Source of the DNA: Flavobacteriales bacterium
GTDB taxonomy: Bacteria; Bacteroidota; Bacteroidia; Flavobacteriales_D; Sanyastnellaceae
Length of the DNA stretch: 37,791 bases
Assembly: GCA_011522855.1 (NCBI GenBank)
Contig: WTID01000005.1
Location: 42,965 to 80,755, forward strand
Direction of reading: 5' to 3'
Part shown: in pieces, positions 1-8,921 of the stretch
Numbering within the stretch: the stretch's first letter is position 1
How the letters are laid out: every line of letters begins with the position of its first letter
Program-made: the position numbers and the translations under genes
The notes under the pieces: model-generated
Database searches by the model: none
What the model was told of the DNA's origin: nothing
Seen by the model: only the letters and a program-made list of their open reading frames with translations

Positions 1-25
1 GCCCCCTTAACGGGCGATTAACACG

Positions 26-619
26 TCAGGTGGTGGATTGCGTCGAGGCGAGGTGAATGAGCGCGAACAGGGCGTAATTGGCCATGTCCATATAGCCCGC
101 ATCCGCCCCCTCGCTCACCTTGGCCCCTCCGTCAAGGTCTTCGAGTTGCTTGATGCGCAGCAACTTCATGAGGATCAGGTCGGTCAGGCTCGAGATGCGC
201 ATGTCCCGCCAGGCCTCGCCATAGTCGTGGTTCTTCCGCATCATGAGAGACCGCGTCCGCTCCACCATGCCCCGGAACAGGCGCTCGGCCTCGGACGGCT
301 CGAGCTCCATCGGGGCCTCCTCCGGCAACTCCATCTGCAGCAGCGCCATCATGCAATAGTTGACGATGCCCACGAATTCGGGCTGGATGCCTTCATCCAC
401 CTTCCGTTCTCCCCCCTCCTGCAGGGTCCGGATGCGCTGAGCTTTGATGAAAATCTGGTCCGTTAGGGAACTCGGGCGCAGAATGCGCCAAGCCGTCCCG
501 TAGTCGTGCATCTTGTCGAGGAACAGACCGGTGCACACCGCGACCTGGGCGTCGTACTGCTCCAGGGTCAGGGCGGGAATGCCGGTGGCGTCCGCTTCGT
601 GGGTTCCCTCTCCGCTCAT
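26..619 (-). CDS. DUF1599 domain-containing protein
   Basis: Two tandem ~90-aa units each carry the HDYG..AWR plus SSLTD.I..K..RI motifs (KMHDYGTAWRILRPSSLTDQIFIKAQRI and KNHDYGEAWRDMRISSLTDLILMKLLRI). This is typical of Bacteroidota DUF1599 proteins, which usually sit beside folP. The ORF track starts at a TTG (626-628); the first ATG is at 617-619 (minus strand). Confidence 0.8.
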   Translation of the reverse strand: MSGEGTHEADATGIPALTLEQYDAQVAVCTGLFLDKMHDYGTAWRILRPSSLTDQIFIKAQRIRTLQEGGERKVDEGIQPEFVGIVNYCMMALLQMELPEEAPMELEPSEAERLFRGMVERTRSLMMRKNHDYGEAWRDMRISSLTDLILMKLLRIKQLEDLDGGAKVSEGADAGYMDMANYALFALIHLASTQSTT

Positions 620-645
620 GGTCTGCAAGGTCCGCTTCAGAGCCG

Positions 646-688
646 GGGAAAAGAAATGCCGTCCCCACCATCCGCCCCGTCTTTTCCC
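646..688. promoter_or_regulatory. 9-bp perfect inverted repeat (GGGAAAAGA / TCTTTTCCC) with a 25-nt spacer in the divergent DUF1599/folP intergenic region
   Basis: GGGAAAAGA at 646-654 is the exact reverse complement of TCTTTTCCC at 680-688. It lies in the 122-nt divergent promoter region. A near -7 box, CACCTTTG, sits at 726-733, 8 nt before the folP ATG. Confidence 0.3.
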
Positions 689-741
689 ACAAGTCGGCGG
701 TCTTCGTCCACTGCTCTTCCGGTTGCACCTTTGCCAGCGTC

Positions 742-1593
742 ATGGTCGACCCCCTCCTCCTCCGGGGACACTCCCTCTCTGCCGATGTCCCGCGGATCAT
801 GGGCATCCTCAACGCCACGCCGGACTCGTTCCACGCGGGAAGCCGGGTGAGCGGGGCCTCGGCTGCGGATCAGGCCCTGCGCATGGTGTCCGAAGGGGCC
901 TCCCTCCTCGATCTAGGCGGTCAGAGCAGCCGGCCCGGTGCCGAGCGCATCGGCCCGACAGCCGAATGGCAACGGGTCCAGCCGGCCCTCGAGTCCATCC
1001 GCGAGGTGCTCCCCGAGGTGCCCGTCAGCGTGGACACCTTCCACGCCGAAGTGGCCCGCCGGGCGCTGGATGCCGGGGCCGACATGATCAACGACATCTC
1101 GGCGGGCACCCTGGATCCCGACCTCCCTCTGCTGGTCGCCGAAAGGCAGGTCCCCTATGCCATCATGCACATGCAGGGCACGCCGGCGACCATGCAGGAC
1201 CGCCCGCGGTACGGCGATGTTGTCCAGGACGTCCTGTCGCATCTCACGCAACGTCGGGACCGCTTCCGGGCCATGGGCATCCACCACCTGATGGTGGACC
1301 CCGGTTTCGGGTTCGGCAAACGCCTCGAACACAATTACCACCTGCTCGCCCACCTGCCCGAGATGCTCACCCTCGGCTGTCCTCTGCTCGTTGGAGTGAG
1401 CCGCAAATCCATGATCCACAAGGCGTTGGGGTGCACGGCAAACGAAGCGCTCAACGGCACCACCGCCCTCCATGCCTGGGCCCTCGACCGGGGTGCCCAT
1501 TGGCTCCGCGTGCACGATGTCGCGCCGGCCATGGAATGCATCCGGCTTCACCAATACCTTCGGGGCGCCGCTTCGGCATGCGACGATGATTGA
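742..1593 (+). CDS. folP: dihydropteroate synthase
   Basis: 283-aa ORF with pterin-binding DHPS motifs GILNATPDSF, LDLGGQSSRPG, VSVDT, MINDISAG, DPGFGFGK and VGVSRKS. Confidence 0.95.
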   Translation: MVDPLLLRGHSLSADVPRIMGILNATPDSFHAGSRVSGASAADQALRMVSEGASLLDLGGQSSRPGAERIGPTAEWQRVQPALESIREVLPEVPVSVDTFHAEVARRALDAGADMINDISAGTLDPDLPLLVAERQVPYAIMHMQGTPATMQDRPRYGDVVQDVLSHLTQRRDRFRAMGIHHLMVDPGFGFGKRLEHNYHLLAHLPEMLTLGCPLLVGVSRKSMIHKALGCTANEALNGTTALHAWALDRGAHWLRVHDVAPAMECIRLHQYLRGAASACDDD

Positions 1594-2395
1594 ACAACCC
1601 GCCCTCCAACTCGGCCTCTGGCAGGTCCTGGACATCGTTGCGGTGGCCCTCATCCTCTATCAGCTTTACCGGCTCACGCGGGGCACGGCGGCGATTCGGA
1701 TCTTCCTCGGAATCCTCGCCATCTACCTGGTTTACCAAATCGTGGACGCCCTGCAAATGCGAATGCTGGCAGAAATCCTGGGCCAGTTCATCGGCGTCGG
1801 AGTCATCGCCCTGCTCATCGTGTTCCAGCAGGAATTGCGACAGTTCCTGCTCCTTATCGGCAATCGGCAGTTCGTCCGCTCGGCCCCGCCATGGATTCAG
1901 AAATGGTTCGGTCGAAATGGCAATGGCCAAGGGACGCCCTCCCAATGGACCGAATTGAGGTTGGGCCTCGAGGAGTGCCGGCGCAGGCGACTTGGTGCCC
2001 TCGTGGTCATTCCTCGGGAAGCAGATCCCAGTCCGGTGGCCACCGGGTGGGTGTCCATCGACGCCCAGATCTCCGCGGGCCTGATCGTGTCCCTGTTCGA
2101 AAAAGCCAGCCCCCTTCACGACGGCGCCGCCTGCATCGACCGCCTGCGGGTGCGTTGGGCGGCCGGCATCCTTCCTGTCTCGGGACGCATGGATCTTCCA
2201 GCACAATGCGGTACCCGCCACCGCGCGGCGGTGGGCATTTCCGAACAGACCGACGCCCTCGTCCTCGTGGTCAGCGAAGAGACGGGCTCCCTGTCGATTG
2301 CCGAAGAAGGACGGTTGCAACTCGGGGTTCGCTTCGAGATGCTGGAAAGCCGGTTGGAAGCCGCCTTCTCATCCGGCGACTCCACTCCACACTGA
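1586..2395 (+). CDS. cdaA: diadenylate cyclase (c-di-AMP synthase), membrane-anchored CdaA type
   Basis: Three predicted N-terminal TM helices are followed by a DAC/DisA_N domain with PLHDGA and GTRHRAA motifs. The ATG at 1586 (MIEQPALQ...) overlaps the folP stop in ATGATTGA. The upstream part of the 1472 ORF lies inside folP. Confidence 0.9.
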   Translation: MIEQPALQLGLWQVLDIVAVALILYQLYRLTRGTAAIRIFLGILAIYLVYQIVDALQMRMLAEILGQFIGVGVIALLIVFQQELRQFLLLIGNRQFVRSAPPWIQKWFGRNGNGQGTPSQWTELRLGLEECRRRRLGALVVIPREADPSPVATGWVSIDAQISAGLIVSLFEKASPLHDGAACIDRLRVRWAAGILPVSGRMDLPAQCGTRHRAAVGISEQTDALVLVVSEETGSLSIAEEGRLQLGVRFEMLESRLEAAFSSGDSTPH

Positions 2396-2404
2396 AACTC
2401 GGAA

Positions 2405-3832
2405 TCAGCGGACCAGGAACGCCTCGGAGGCTCCCCAATCCGTCTTGATTACGTACGTGCCCGAAGGCCACCCTTCCGTCCGGAACGTGGACCAGCCTTC
2501 GGCCTGCATCGGCCAGTCGGCCTGATGGCGCCCCATGACATCGTACACCCGAGCCACTCCCGCGCGGGTCGAGCGGAGGCGAACCTGCCCTTCCTCGGGA
2601 TGGAGGACCACCTGGGGTTCCGGGACCGTCGGCTCCGCAACCGCGTCGATGAGTCCGGAGGGCCGGACCATGAAGAAATGGCTCTGCGTGCTGATGGCGA
2701 TGTTCCCACTCTCGAAGTAGGGATAGACACTCCAAGCTCCTCCACCGGTTCCGACCTGGTCGCTGAATGGATTGGTGTCGAAGAAGGCCGTCATCTCCAG
2801 CGTGGCGGTCGCGGGGTCCACGATGTCCAGCACCTGAATGCCGGCGAAGTAGTTCGCCGCGTACACCTTGCCCTCGTGGGTGTAGAGGTTGTGGTCGGTC
2901 ACCGGGAGTGCGCCCTCGTGGTACCCCACAACGATGGGGTTGTCCAAGTCCTGCACATCCATCACCCAGGTCCGGGTCAACGGAGCCACGCCAGTCGACT
3001 CGTCAATCTCGTCGTTCATGAAGAGGAAGCGGTGGTCCTCGGACAACCACCCCTGATGGGTGTAGACCCACGCCGAATCTGAAACATTGGCCACGGTGAA
3101 GCAGTCCGTCTTGTCCTCCACGTCCACAATGCGGACGCCGGCGAAACCACACAGGGCGAAGACCATTTCCCGGCCCACGTAGTCCTCGTCGGGCCCGGCA
3201 TAGACCACGGCCTGAGCATCATGTACGTAAAGGGCCTCCCAGGATCCGGCCAAGGTGGGACTGGACGGATTGCTGACATCCACGATGTGCAGGCCTCCTG
3301 AGAACGTGTCTGTCCCAACGCCGTAAACGTACCCGGTCTCCGGGTTCGCCACCACATTGTGGGCCCGACCGAAGCCGGTGTAATGGGCAAATGTGAGGGG
3401 CGGCGTCATCGGCTCCGCATCGGGGATGCCGGACAGGTCGATGACCTGCATACCATGCTCCTGGGCCTCGCTCACGATGAAGGCCACGTCGCCGATGACC
3501 TTGATGTCCCGCCACAAGCTCGGGATGGAGGCGGTCGGAACATCGGCGACCATCACGGGATTCACCGGATCGGTGACCTCGATGATGGACGTGCCGTCGC
3601 TGCGACCGTACAGGACGAACTCCCGGCCGTCATGGGTCCATCCCCAGCAGTCGTTTCCGTTGCCCGGAGGCACACCGCCGAGCTCCTCGAAGCTCCGGAC
3701 ACACATCAGGTCGAGTCCCTCGCAAGGATATTGTCCTGCCACGCCATCCTCACACGGGGTCTGGGCCACGGTTGACCCGGACAGTCCCAGCGTGACGAGC
3801 ATCAGGGCCAGGGAGAACAGGCGGAACCGCAT
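2405..3832 (-). CDS. secreted LVIVD-repeat (choice-of-anchor-B-like) beta-propeller protein with T9SS C-terminal sorting domain
   Basis: Signal peptide MRFRLFSLALMLVTLGLSGSTVAQ starts at the ATG at 3832. There are repeated LVIVD-type strands (MQVIDLSG, LHIVDVSNP, VRIVDVED, IQVLDIVDP). The last ~70 aa (VLHPEEGQVRLRS...VYDVMGRH...GTYVIKTDWGASEAFLVR) fit the Por/T9SS type-A CTD pattern. Confidence 0.85.
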   Translation of the reverse strand: MRFRLFSLALMLVTLGLSGSTVAQTPCEDGVAGQYPCEGLDLMCVRSFEELGGVPPGNGNDCWGWTHDGREFVLYGRSDGTSIIEVTDPVNPVMVADVPTASIPSLWRDIKVIGDVAFIVSEAQEHGMQVIDLSGIPDAEPMTPPLTFAHYTGFGRAHNVVANPETGYVYGVGTDTFSGGLHIVDVSNPSSPTLAGSWEALYVHDAQAVVYAGPDEDYVGREMVFALCGFAGVRIVDVEDKTDCFTVANVSDSAWVYTHQGWLSEDHRFLFMNDEIDESTGVAPLTRTWVMDVQDLDNPIVVGYHEGALPVTDHNLYTHEGKVYAANYFAGIQVLDIVDPATATLEMTAFFDTNPFSDQVGTGGGAWSVYPYFESGNIAISTQSHFFMVRPSGLIDAVAEPTVPEPQVVLHPEEGQVRLRSTRAGVARVYDVMGRHQADWPMQAEGWSTFRTEGWPSGTYVIKTDWGASEAFLVR

Positions 3833-3836
3833 GCCG

Positions 3837-4094
3837 TCACCAGTCGGCGGCACGGCGTTCAAAGGTGGCGAGAGGCAGGTATTCATTGTGCTCGATGTCG
3901 TGTAGGGTATGACGCAGCCGCTCGAGGAAGCGTTGCTTCAACACCGGGGTCCCCGAGGGGCGATACCCGATGACCAGCTGGCGCGCCCGGGCCGACTCCT
4001 TCACGGCCTCGACAGCCGTCTCGAGTGCCCGCAAATCCGCCTCGTTGTCCACCTCCAGGATGGACCGGACCAGATCCAGCTTCCGGTTTTCCAT
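3837..4094 (-). CDS. hypothetical small protein (85 aa)
   Basis: ATG-initiated ORF with the GC-rich third codon positions of its neighbours. It sits 18 nt after the M49 peptidase stop and 4 nt before the LVIVD gene start, on the same strand. I recognise no family. Confidence 0.55.
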   Translation of the reverse strand: MENRKLDLVRSILEVDNEADLRALETAVEAVKESARARQLVIGYRPSGTPVLKQRFLERLRHTLHDIEHNEYLPLATFERRAADW

Positions 4095-4112
4095 GTCGTG
4101 AATCCAGCCGAA

Positions 4113-6212
4113 TCAGTTGACCCGGGGAAGATGGCCGTAGGTGGCACCGTACCCCAGCATCTGCTCGGTGAAGTCCGCCGGATAGGACAGTTCCACGTCG
4201 ATCAGGGCGCCGGACTCATCCAAGGTCGGCACGAGCTCGGGGTTGATGAATCCACCGTAGGGCGCGATGCCGAGGGCCTCGGCGCGATCCAGAACCTGCT
4301 GGTGGACCACGGGGTCGACCTTGACGCCGTAGCCTTCGACGAGGGCCTTGGCGGCCTCGTAGTCGCCCTGGGACTTGATGCGCTGGACTTCCCGCAGCAA
4401 CTCACCGAAGAGCTCCCGCACACGGTCGTAATCCACGATGTTGTAGTACGTCTTGCCGTCCTGGTTGATTTCGCGGATGCTGTTGTCCGCCGCGGCGCGT
4501 TCCACCACCCAGTGGCTCACCCACGCACGGTTGCGCATGTGGGCCTCCTCGATGTCGTCTCCGACAGCGAGCCGGCGGAGCTGCATCAGCATTCCGTTCC
4601 GGATGTAGCTGTCGTATTCGCACCGTCCGGTCTCCAAATTCTTGACCAGGCCGAGTTCGATGAGCTTCTCGTCGAGCATGAAGTACAGCGCAACGAGGTC
4701 GGCCCGCCCTTCCTCGAGGGTGCTGGCGTACTCCTTGATGGTGCTCGCGGGCTCCGCCACCCCAGGCTCCAGCTGACCGCTCGCGTGGCCGATGACTTCG
4801 TGGAACGCCGTGTGGATTTTTCCGGCGAGGGTGCCATGGGACTTGGCGCGGCGCTTCTCCACCTCATCGAAGGCGAACTCATCGGTGAGGCCACCGCCGC
4901 CGGCATTGTCATAGGCGTCGATGATGTTGCCGAGGCTCACGCTCTTGGAGCCGTGCAGGGTGCGGATCCAGTTGGCGTTGGGCAGATTGACCCCGATCGG
5001 GGTGCTCGGGGAGGCATCCCCGGCTTCTCCGACCACATTGACCACGTTGTAGGTGATGCCGACGACTTCCTTCTTCTTGTGCTCGTCCATGAAGGGCATG
5101 TGGTCCTCGAACCACTGGGCGTTGTCCATCATGACAGCCATGCGGGCGGAGGCTTCGAAGTCCTTGATCTGGACAATCGTCTCATAGCTTCCGGTGTACC
5201 CCAGTGGGTCGTTGTAGACCTCCACGAATCCGTTGATGTAGTCGATGTCGCCTTCGGTGTCCTTGACCCAGTTGATGTTGTAGAGGCTCCACTTCTCCAG
5301 GTCGCCCGTGCGGTAGTAATCGACCAGGTGGCGGAGTGCCGCGGCCTGCTTGTCGTTCTCCGCGTACTGCTGGGCCTGCTCGAGCCAGTAGCACACCTGC
5401 TCGAGGGCGGGTCCGTAGAGCCCACCCACCTTGTAGGTTTCCTCGACGACATTGCCCTCGGCATCCTTCACGAGACGGCTGTTGAGTCCCTTCTCCACCG
5501 GCTTGTTGCGGTCGAGCTCGTAGGCATCGAAATAGGCCTGCGCCTCGACCGTGGTCATGTTCGGGCCGTAGAAGTTCACGGCGCTCGCCTCGACCAGCCC
5601 CTTCTCGGCGTCGAGCTCGACCTTCTTGGCTTCGCGGGTGGGGTCGTACAGGGCGTCGAGGGCCTCCACGAGATCCGCCTCCAGGGCCACACCGCTCTCG
5701 GTCACCACGTGCTCGAAGTAAGCGCGTCCGCACTCCGGTGTGATTTTGGCATTGGAGTAATGATGGTGGATTCCGTTGGAGAACCACACCCGCTTGGCGA
5801 AGGTGTGGAACCGCTCCCACCCCTTGGTGTTCCGGTCTCCCGGGAAGTTGCGGTGGGCCTCATCGATCATGTGGCGCACGCGGAGGTTGTACCGGTTGTT
5901 CTGGTCGTACATCATGTCCCGTCCGCTGAGTCCCGCCTGGGTCAGGCAGTAGGCCAGCTTGCGCTGGTCCTCACTGAGCTGGTTCCACCCGGGAACCTGG
6001 TACCGGATCATCTTGAGGTCGGCGAATTGCTCGGTCTTCCAGACGAAGCCGTTGGCGTCCGCCTCACTTGCCGTGGATTCGATGGCGTCGGCCGGCTGAC
6101 CATCCTCCCCGAGATCCGGGCCGGTGGCGCACCCTGCGGCCAAGGCAGTGAGAATGAAAAACGGAAGGACGCGGGCAAAAAAGGCACCCGCCATGTGGGA
6201 ATTGTTGTGCAT
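4113..6212 (-). CDS. dipeptidyl-peptidase III-like zinc metallopeptidase (family M49), lipoprotein
   Basis: Contains HEVIGH (HExxGH) and downstream EEGRAD (EExRAE-type) zinc-binding motifs. Its length of 699 aa is typical of Bacteroidota M49 proteins. The N-terminus has a lipobox, LTALAAGC. An alternative start exists at M7 (6194). Confidence 0.9.
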   Translation of the reverse strand: MHNNSHMAGAFFARVLPFFILTALAAGCATGPDLGEDGQPADAIESTASEADANGFVWKTEQFADLKMIRYQVPGWNQLSEDQRKLAYCLTQAGLSGRDMMYDQNNRYNLRVRHMIDEAHRNFPGDRNTKGWERFHTFAKRVWFSNGIHHHYSNAKITPECGRAYFEHVVTESGVALEADLVEALDALYDPTREAKKVELDAEKGLVEASAVNFYGPNMTTVEAQAYFDAYELDRNKPVEKGLNSRLVKDAEGNVVEETYKVGGLYGPALEQVCYWLEQAQQYAENDKQAAALRHLVDYYRTGDLEKWSLYNINWVKDTEGDIDYINGFVEVYNDPLGYTGSYETIVQIKDFEASARMAVMMDNAQWFEDHMPFMDEHKKKEVVGITYNVVNVVGEAGDASPSTPIGVNLPNANWIRTLHGSKSVSLGNIIDAYDNAGGGGLTDEFAFDEVEKRRAKSHGTLAGKIHTAFHEVIGHASGQLEPGVAEPASTIKEYASTLEEGRADLVALYFMLDEKLIELGLVKNLETGRCEYDSYIRNGMLMQLRRLAVGDDIEEAHMRNRAWVSHWVVERAAADNSIREINQDGKTYYNIVDYDRVRELFGELLREVQRIKSQGDYEAAKALVEGYGVKVDPVVHQQVLDRAEALGIAPYGGFINPELVPTLDESGALIDVELSYPADFTEQMLGYGATYGHLPRVN

Positions 6213-6289
6213 CAGTGGGCGATTCGAGGCCGAAAAATAGACAATCTTGCACCTCCCTGGCCGTTGGGACGGTCCAAGACGACGCTTCC

Positions 6290-7693
6290 GTGAAACGCAC
6301 CACGCGACTGCTGCTCCGGTCCTTCATCGGACCCTTCGTGATCACATTCATGGTCGCGCTGTTCTTCCTCGACATGCAGTTCCTGTGGGTCTATGCCGAC
6401 GAGATGATCGGCAAGGGCCTCAGCGTCTTCGTCGTCCTTGAACTGCTCCTGTATGCTTCCGCCCGGCTGGTCAACCTCGCGCTCCCGCTGGCCATCCTGA
6501 TGAGCAGCATCATGACGCTGGGCAGTCTGGCCGAACACGAGGAACTGACCGCCCTGAAATCATCGGGCATGCGCCTCGGCCGCATTCTCCGTCCACTGCT
6601 CGTCACCATGGTGCTCGTGGCGGGCGGCGCCCTGCTCTTCGCCAACTACGCCTGGCCGGTGGCCAACCTCAAATTCAGGACCCTCCTCTACAGCGTGACG
6701 CGCAAGAAGCCCACGCTGAACTTGGAGGATGGGGTGTTCTACAACGGCATCGAGGGCCATGCCATCCGCGCGGCCAAGGTGGACAAGGAAACCGGCAGAC
6801 TGGAGGACATTCTCATCCACCAGCATGGTGGCGGACGGGATGGGGCCGGGCTCGTGATCCGCGCCACCGAGGGCACGATGAAAACCTCCCGCACCGGGCG
6901 GTTCCTGCATTTCGACCTGCAGGATGGCACCAGCCATGAGGAGCGGCTCGAGCCTGGCGTCCGCCAACGCGAGCGAACGTATCCCCACATGATCACCGCA
7001 TTCGAGCGCCAGCAGATGCGCATCGACCTGAGCAGCCTGGACTTCGCCAAGGCCGACGAGGCCCTGTTCAAGCGCGCCTATGAAATGATGAGCCTCGGAC
7101 AGCTGTCCCTGGCCATCGACTCCATTGAAGGGCAACGCCGCCACGCCGGCGAGGCCATGCGGGACTTCGGCCAGCGCAACCTGAACCGGAGAACGCTGGA
7201 CGCCTCAGCCGTCCTTCCCACCGACACCGGGGCCGTGCACCGCGACTGGCTCGCCCGCCTCGGCCCTTCGGCAGAGCGCCGCGTGTTCGACGCCGCCAAG
7301 GACATGGTCCGGAACACCACCCAGACCGCGAGGAACCAGATCGACGAACGCAACGCCAAGCGGACGCTCGCCGACCGCCATGCCATCGAATGGCACCGCA
7401 AGCTGTTCCTCGCCTTTGCCTGCATCCTGCTGTTCCTCATCGGGGCCCCGCTGGGGGCCATCATCCGCAAGGGAGGACTCGGTCTGCCCACCGTGCTCGC
7501 GATTCTCCTCTTTGTGGCCTATTACGTCGTGACGATCATGGGGGAGCGCATGGTCCGCAGTGGAGCGCTTTCCCCTGCGCTGGGCATGTGGCTGGGCACC
7601 CTCCTCATGGTCCCTGCCGCCCTCTTCCTCAATTGGCGGGCCGCGCGGGAGAGCACCTGGTCGCCGTTTTCCCGCCTCCGGGCCAGCCGGTAA
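6290..7693 (+). CDS. LptF/LptG family LPS export permease
   Basis: YjgP/YjgQ architecture: an N-terminal TM bundle (LLLRSFIGPFVITFMVALFF...), a large periplasmic insert and three C-terminal TM helices. The start is ambiguous, since both 6215 and 6290 are GTG. I chose 6290 because it gives the canonical short N-terminus. Confidence 0.8.
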   Translation: MKRTTRLLLRSFIGPFVITFMVALFFLDMQFLWVYADEMIGKGLSVFVVLELLLYASARLVNLALPLAILMSSIMTLGSLAEHEELTALKSSGMRLGRILRPLLVTMVLVAGGALLFANYAWPVANLKFRTLLYSVTRKKPTLNLEDGVFYNGIEGHAIRAAKVDKETGRLEDILIHQHGGGRDGAGLVIRATEGTMKTSRTGRFLHFDLQDGTSHEERLEPGVRQRERTYPHMITAFERQQMRIDLSSLDFAKADEALFKRAYEMMSLGQLSLAIDSIEGQRRHAGEAMRDFGQRNLNRRTLDASAVLPTDTGAVHRDWLARLGPSAERRVFDAAKDMVRNTTQTARNQIDERNAKRTLADRHAIEWHRKLFLAFACILLFLIGAPLGAIIRKGGLGLPTVLAILLFVAYYVVTIMGERMVRSGALSPALGMWLGTLLMVPAALFLNWRAARESTWSPFSRLRASR

Positions 7694-7706
7694 CTTGACA
7701 GACTGA

Positions 7707-8921
7707 ATGCGCATCCTCCAACTGTGCCACAAGCCGCCCCGCCCCTCCATTGACGGAGGGTGCCTGGCCATGGATGCCATGACGCATGGGTTTCTGGACA
7801 ACGGAGCCGAAGTCAAGGTGCTCACCGCGTCGACGCACAAGCACCCGATTCTAATGGACACCCTCGGCGAGCGGTACCTCCACTCCACCGACCTGGAGGC
7901 GGTCGCCATCGAGACCCGACTCGACGTGCGCGATGCCTACGTCGCCTTCATGAATGGCGAATCGTACAACATCTCGAGGTTCTACGCCCACCACTACGCG
8001 ATGGTGGTCAAGCAGGCCCTATCCAAGAAACGGTACGACGTGGTCCACCTCGAAAGCCTCTACACCACGCCCTACATCGACGTCATCCGGCAATACGCAC
8101 CGAATGCCTTGATTTCCTTGAGAAGCCACAACCACGAATACCAAATCTGGGAGCAGCGGTGGAAGGCGAGCCGCAATCCGCTCTACCGCATCATTCTCCG
8201 CCACTTGAGCAAGACCCTCGAGCGGTACGAAAAGGAGGTGCTGGGGAAAGTGGACGCCCTGGTCTCCATCTCGGATCGGGAGGCCCAAGGCTATCGCAAC
8301 TGGGGTTATTCCGGGCCGATTCACGTGGCCGGCTTCGGCATCGACACCTCCGCCCACGCCGGAGGACTTGACCTCCCCGAGTCCAATGCAACAGGGCCGG
8401 TGCGGATGTTCCACCTCGGCGCCATGGATTGGGGCCCGAACCGGGAGGGAATTGATTGGTTCCTGACCTCGGTCTGGCCCGCCTTGGTGGCCCGCCATCC
8501 CGGCACCGAATTCCACCTCGCGGGGAAGGGCCTCGACCCGACATTGTACGCCCACATTCCGGGCGTCGTCAACCACGGAGAGGTGCCGGATGCCGAGGTC
8601 TTTTCTACCCAATTCGACCTGCTGGTCGTCCCCCTGCTCCGGGGGGCGGGCATCCGCGTGAAAATCGTGGAGGCCATGGCGAAAGGAATTCCTGTTGCCA
8701 CGACGGGCAAGGGCGTGTCAGGGCTCGATCTCGAAGACCGACAGTGCATTGTGCACGGCCCACCGGAGCAACTGGGCGACCTCCTCGATGGAATTCTGAA
8801 CCAGCCCGAGCAGCTCCGCACCATGTCCCAGCGTTCCCGGGAAATCGCCATGGAGCGGTTTGACCGGAAGCGCATCGGGCGGGAGCTGATGCTGTTCTAC
8901 GATGCCCATGCCCAGCTCTGA
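7707..8921 (+). CDS. glycosyltransferase family 4 (GT-B fold)
   Basis: The N-terminus MRILQLCHKPP...DGGCLAM...NGAEVKVLT is a typical GT4 N-domain. The C-terminal region has the GT1/GT4 pattern (VVPLLRGAGIRVKIVEAMAKGIPVATT). Confidence 0.85.
   Translation: MRILQLCHKPPRPSIDGGCLAMDAMTHGFLDNGAEVKVLTASTHKHPILMDTLGERYLHSTDLEAVAIETRLDVRDAYVAFMNGESYNISRFYAHHYAMVVKQALSKKRYDVVHLESLYTTPYIDVIRQYAPNALISLRSHNHEYQIWEQRWKASRNPLYRIILRHLSKTLERYEKEVLGKVDALVSISDREAQGYRNWGYSGPIHVAGFGIDTSAHAGGLDLPESNATGPVRMFHLGAMDWGPNREGIDWFLTSVWPALVARHPGTEFHLAGKGLDPTLYAHIPGVVNHGEVPDAEVFSTQFDLLVVPLLRGAGIRVKIVEAMAKGIPVATTGKGVSGLDLEDRQCIVHGPPEQLGDLLDGILNQPEQLRTMSQRSREIAMERFDRKRIGRELMLFYDAHAQL

Noticed and set aside
513-1589. 358-aa plus-strand ORF overlapping folP in another frame
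   Set aside because: Pro/Arg/Gly-rich off-frame translation. The folP frame carries all the DHPS motifs.
3909-6293. 794-aa plus-strand ORF
   Set aside because: Codon-aligned antisense of the M49 peptidase gene. Low-complexity Val/Gly/Leu/Asp-rich translation with no motifs.
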